From Chlamydiia bacterium (GTDB lineage Bacteria; Chlamydiota; Chlamydiia; Chlamydiales; RGXB01): a stretch of DNA of 17,352 nt. The notes beneath the pieces are model-generated. The model did no database searches, had not been told where the DNA came from, and was given only the letters and a program-made list of their open reading frames with translations. Position numbers and translations under genes: made by a program. Positions 15,553-17,352 of this stretch are shown piece after piece; positions within the stretch are counted from its first letter, which is position 1, and each line of letters opens with the position of its first letter. The stretch is from NCBI GenBank assembly GCA_040382515.1, contig JBEIFH010000021.1, positions 1 to 17,352 on the forward strand, given 5' to 3'.

Positions 15553-17352
15553 ATGCTTGAAACACTTGCCGGAACGATCGATCAAATCGTCTTTCAAAAT
15601 GAGGAAAACGGGTACACTGTTGCCCGACTGAAAAGCCCCGTTTTTAAAGAGCCTGTTGTGGTTGTCGGGAATATGATGCCGATAGCTTCCGGGGAGATCA
15701 TCACGGCAACAGGGATGTGGAAGCATCACTCGTCGTTTGGAAGACAATTCGTAGTCGAAGCTTTTGAGGTCAGCCTCCCTAAAGATCTTAAAGGGATTGA
15801 ACGCTATCTAGAGTCGGGAGTTATCAAGGGGATCGGATCCACATACGCCAAACGGATTGTGGAGTACTTTGGGACAAAGACCTTTGAAATCCTCGACAGA
15901 CATATCGACCGTCTTGAGGAAGTAGAGGGGATCGGAAGCAAACGACTCGACAAAATCAAGGCCTCCTGGACTGAGCAAGGGGCAATTAGAAATGTGATGG
16001 TCTTCTTGAGAGGCCATAATGTGAGTTTGTCCTTAGCGCAAAAAATCTACCGCCGTTACAAAGAGCAAGCCCTTGAGGTGATCCAAAAAAACCCCTACCA
16101 GCTTGCACGAGATATCGCAGGGATTGGATTTAAAACTGCGGACGCGTTGGCGCAGGAAATCGGGATGGATAGGGAGTCCCCTGAAAGGATCGCCTCTGCA
16201 ATAGAGCATATCCTTCGGGTTTTGAGTGAAGAGGGGCATTCGTGCTATCCGCTCCAAGGTCTATTACAGCATGGGACAAACCTTTTGGAAGTGAGCCCAG
16301 ACCTCATCGAAAAAGAGGTCCAGCCGCTGATCAATGAGAGGCGTCTAGTATCGCTCTTGATGCATGAAAAGGCTTCTGACACTACCCTTTGGACCAAGCA
16401 GATGTTCGAAATGGAGATCGGGATTGTAGAAGAGCTCGAAAGGCTTACCACTCATCAGTGTGCGCTCCGCTCCGTCGATTGTGAAAAAGCGATCGCTTGG
16501 GTTGAGGCCCAGTTAGGGATCTCCTTTGCCCAGGAGCAGATAGTCGCGATTACCAAAAGTATGGAAGAGAAGGTCCACATCATCACCGGCGGACCCGGTA
16601 CCGGTAAAAGCACGATTACAAAAGCGATTTTGGCTTTGTCGGAAAAAATCACCGGAAAAATCCTATTAGGGGCACCCACCGGCCGTGCAGCCAAACGATT
16701 GAGCGAGATCACAAAACGGAAGGCATCGACGATCCATAGCCTTTTGGAGATGGACTTCGTACAAGGAGGATTCAAGAGAAATAGGATGAATCCTCTTCAA
16801 TGCGACCTGCTGATCATCGACGAGGCAAGTATGGTCGACACGCAGCTCATGGCACATTTACTGAGAGCTGTCCCCTCCAAAGCCCGCCTGCTGATCATTG
16901 GAGATATAGATCAGCTCCCGAGCGTGGGTCCCGGGACCGTTCTCAAAGATATGATCGAATCGGAAACTATCATGACGACTCGGCTCAAAGAGATCTTCCG
17001 CCAGGCCAAAGGGTCGAGAATCGTCCGCAACGCCCATAGGGTGAACCAGGGGCAGTTTCCTGAACTGGAAGAGGATCCCAAATCCGATTTTTGGTTTATT
17101 CCGCTTGAAAAGCCCGAAGATATCCTCGCAAAAATTTTAGAGCTTGTGACAAAAAAACTCCCCGAGGAGAAACACTTTCACCCGTTTGATGAGATTCAGG
17201 TTCTATCCCCCATGAAAAAAGGGGTCTTGGGTACTTTGAATATCAATATAGCCCTACAGGATAAGCTGAATCCCTCTTTGAAAAGGGTCACTAAAATGGG
17301 GCGCACCTTTAGGTTGGGGGATAAAGTGATGCAGGTGCGTAATAACTACGAT
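15553..17352 (+). CDS. recD2: ATP-dependent RecD-like (RecD2) SF1B DNA helicase, 3'-partial (600 codons, runs off the window)
   Basis: Translated by hand with no stop from ATG 15553. Contains IVFQNEENGYTVARL, HhH repeats (IKGIG, VEGIG, IAGIGFKTAD), Walker A GGPGTGKS (16588-16611), APTGRAAKRL, IIDEASMVD, GDIDQLPSVGPG, IFRQA and GDKVMQVRNNYD. Confidence 0.96.
   Translation, partial: MLETLAGTIDQIVFQNEENGYTVARLKSPVFKEPVVVVGNMMPIASGEIITATGMWKHHSSFGRQFVVEAFEVSLPKDLKGIERYLESGVIKGIGSTYAKRIVEYFGTKTFEILDRHIDRLEEVEGIGSKRLDKIKASWTEQGAIRNVMVFLRGHNVSLSLAQKIYRRYKEQALEVIQKNPYQLARDIAGIGFKTADALAQEIGMDRESPERIASAIEHILRVLSEEGHSCYPLQGLLQHGTNLLEVSPDLIEKEVQPLINERRLVSLLMHEKASDTTLWTKQMFEMEIGIVEELERLTTHQCALRSVDCEKAIAWVEAQLGISFAQEQIVAITKSMEEKVHIITGGPGTGKSTITKAILALSEKITGKILLGAPTGRAAKRLSEITKRKASTIHSLLEMDFVQGGFKRNRMNPLQCDLLIIDEASMVDTQLMAHLLRAVPSKARLLIIGDIDQLPSVGPGTVLKDMIESETIMTTRLKEIFRQAKGSRIVRNAHRVNQGQFPELEEDPKSDFWFIPLEKPEDILAKILELVTKKLPEEKHFHPFDEIQVLSPMKKGVLGTLNINIALQDKLNPSLKRVTKMGRTFRLGDKVMQVRNNYD

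Noticed and set aside
15505..17039. Short ORFs listed in the track across 15505-17039
   Set aside because: All overlap the uninterrupted recD2 frame, either antisense or out of frame.
1..17352. CRISPR array, tRNA/rRNA, IS or prophage, or an anti-phage defence system built on the helicase and AAA+ ATPase
   Set aside because: Intergenic gaps are under about 240 nt with no repeat-spacer or cloverleaf pattern seen, and no transposase or integrase motifs were found. recD2 is a housekeeping-type gene transcribed divergently from the ATPase, with no nuclease partner visible.

Overview
Gene-dense bacterial window with no RNA genes, CRISPR arrays or mobile elements. It probably comes from an environmental Chlamydiae-like intracellular symbiont; this is inferred from the RecD2 motifs, a eukaryote-type sterol reductase and several orphan effector-like ORFs. 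In order it contains: an MsrB-MsrA fusion; an orphan single-TM protein; a four-gene MacAB/DevBCA-type tripartite ABC exporter operon (adaptor, TolC-family lipoprotein, permease, ATPase); a divergent ~605-622 aa orphan with a GT-A-like DxD motif, followed by two small paralogous hydrophobic proteins; a bidirectional terminator; a translationally coupled operon (pterin-4a-carbinolamine dehydratase, aldose-1-epimerase-like protein, 7-dehydrocholesterol-reductase-like sterol reductase); an orphan with a possible NEL-type CxD motif; a membrane-anchored ClpB-NBD1-only AAA+ ATPase; and the first 600 codons of recD2, which the ORF track misses. The most speculative idea is that 2400-11870 forms a host-sterol modification, glycosylation and export locus. 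All family calls come from reading motifs by eye; no database searches were run.
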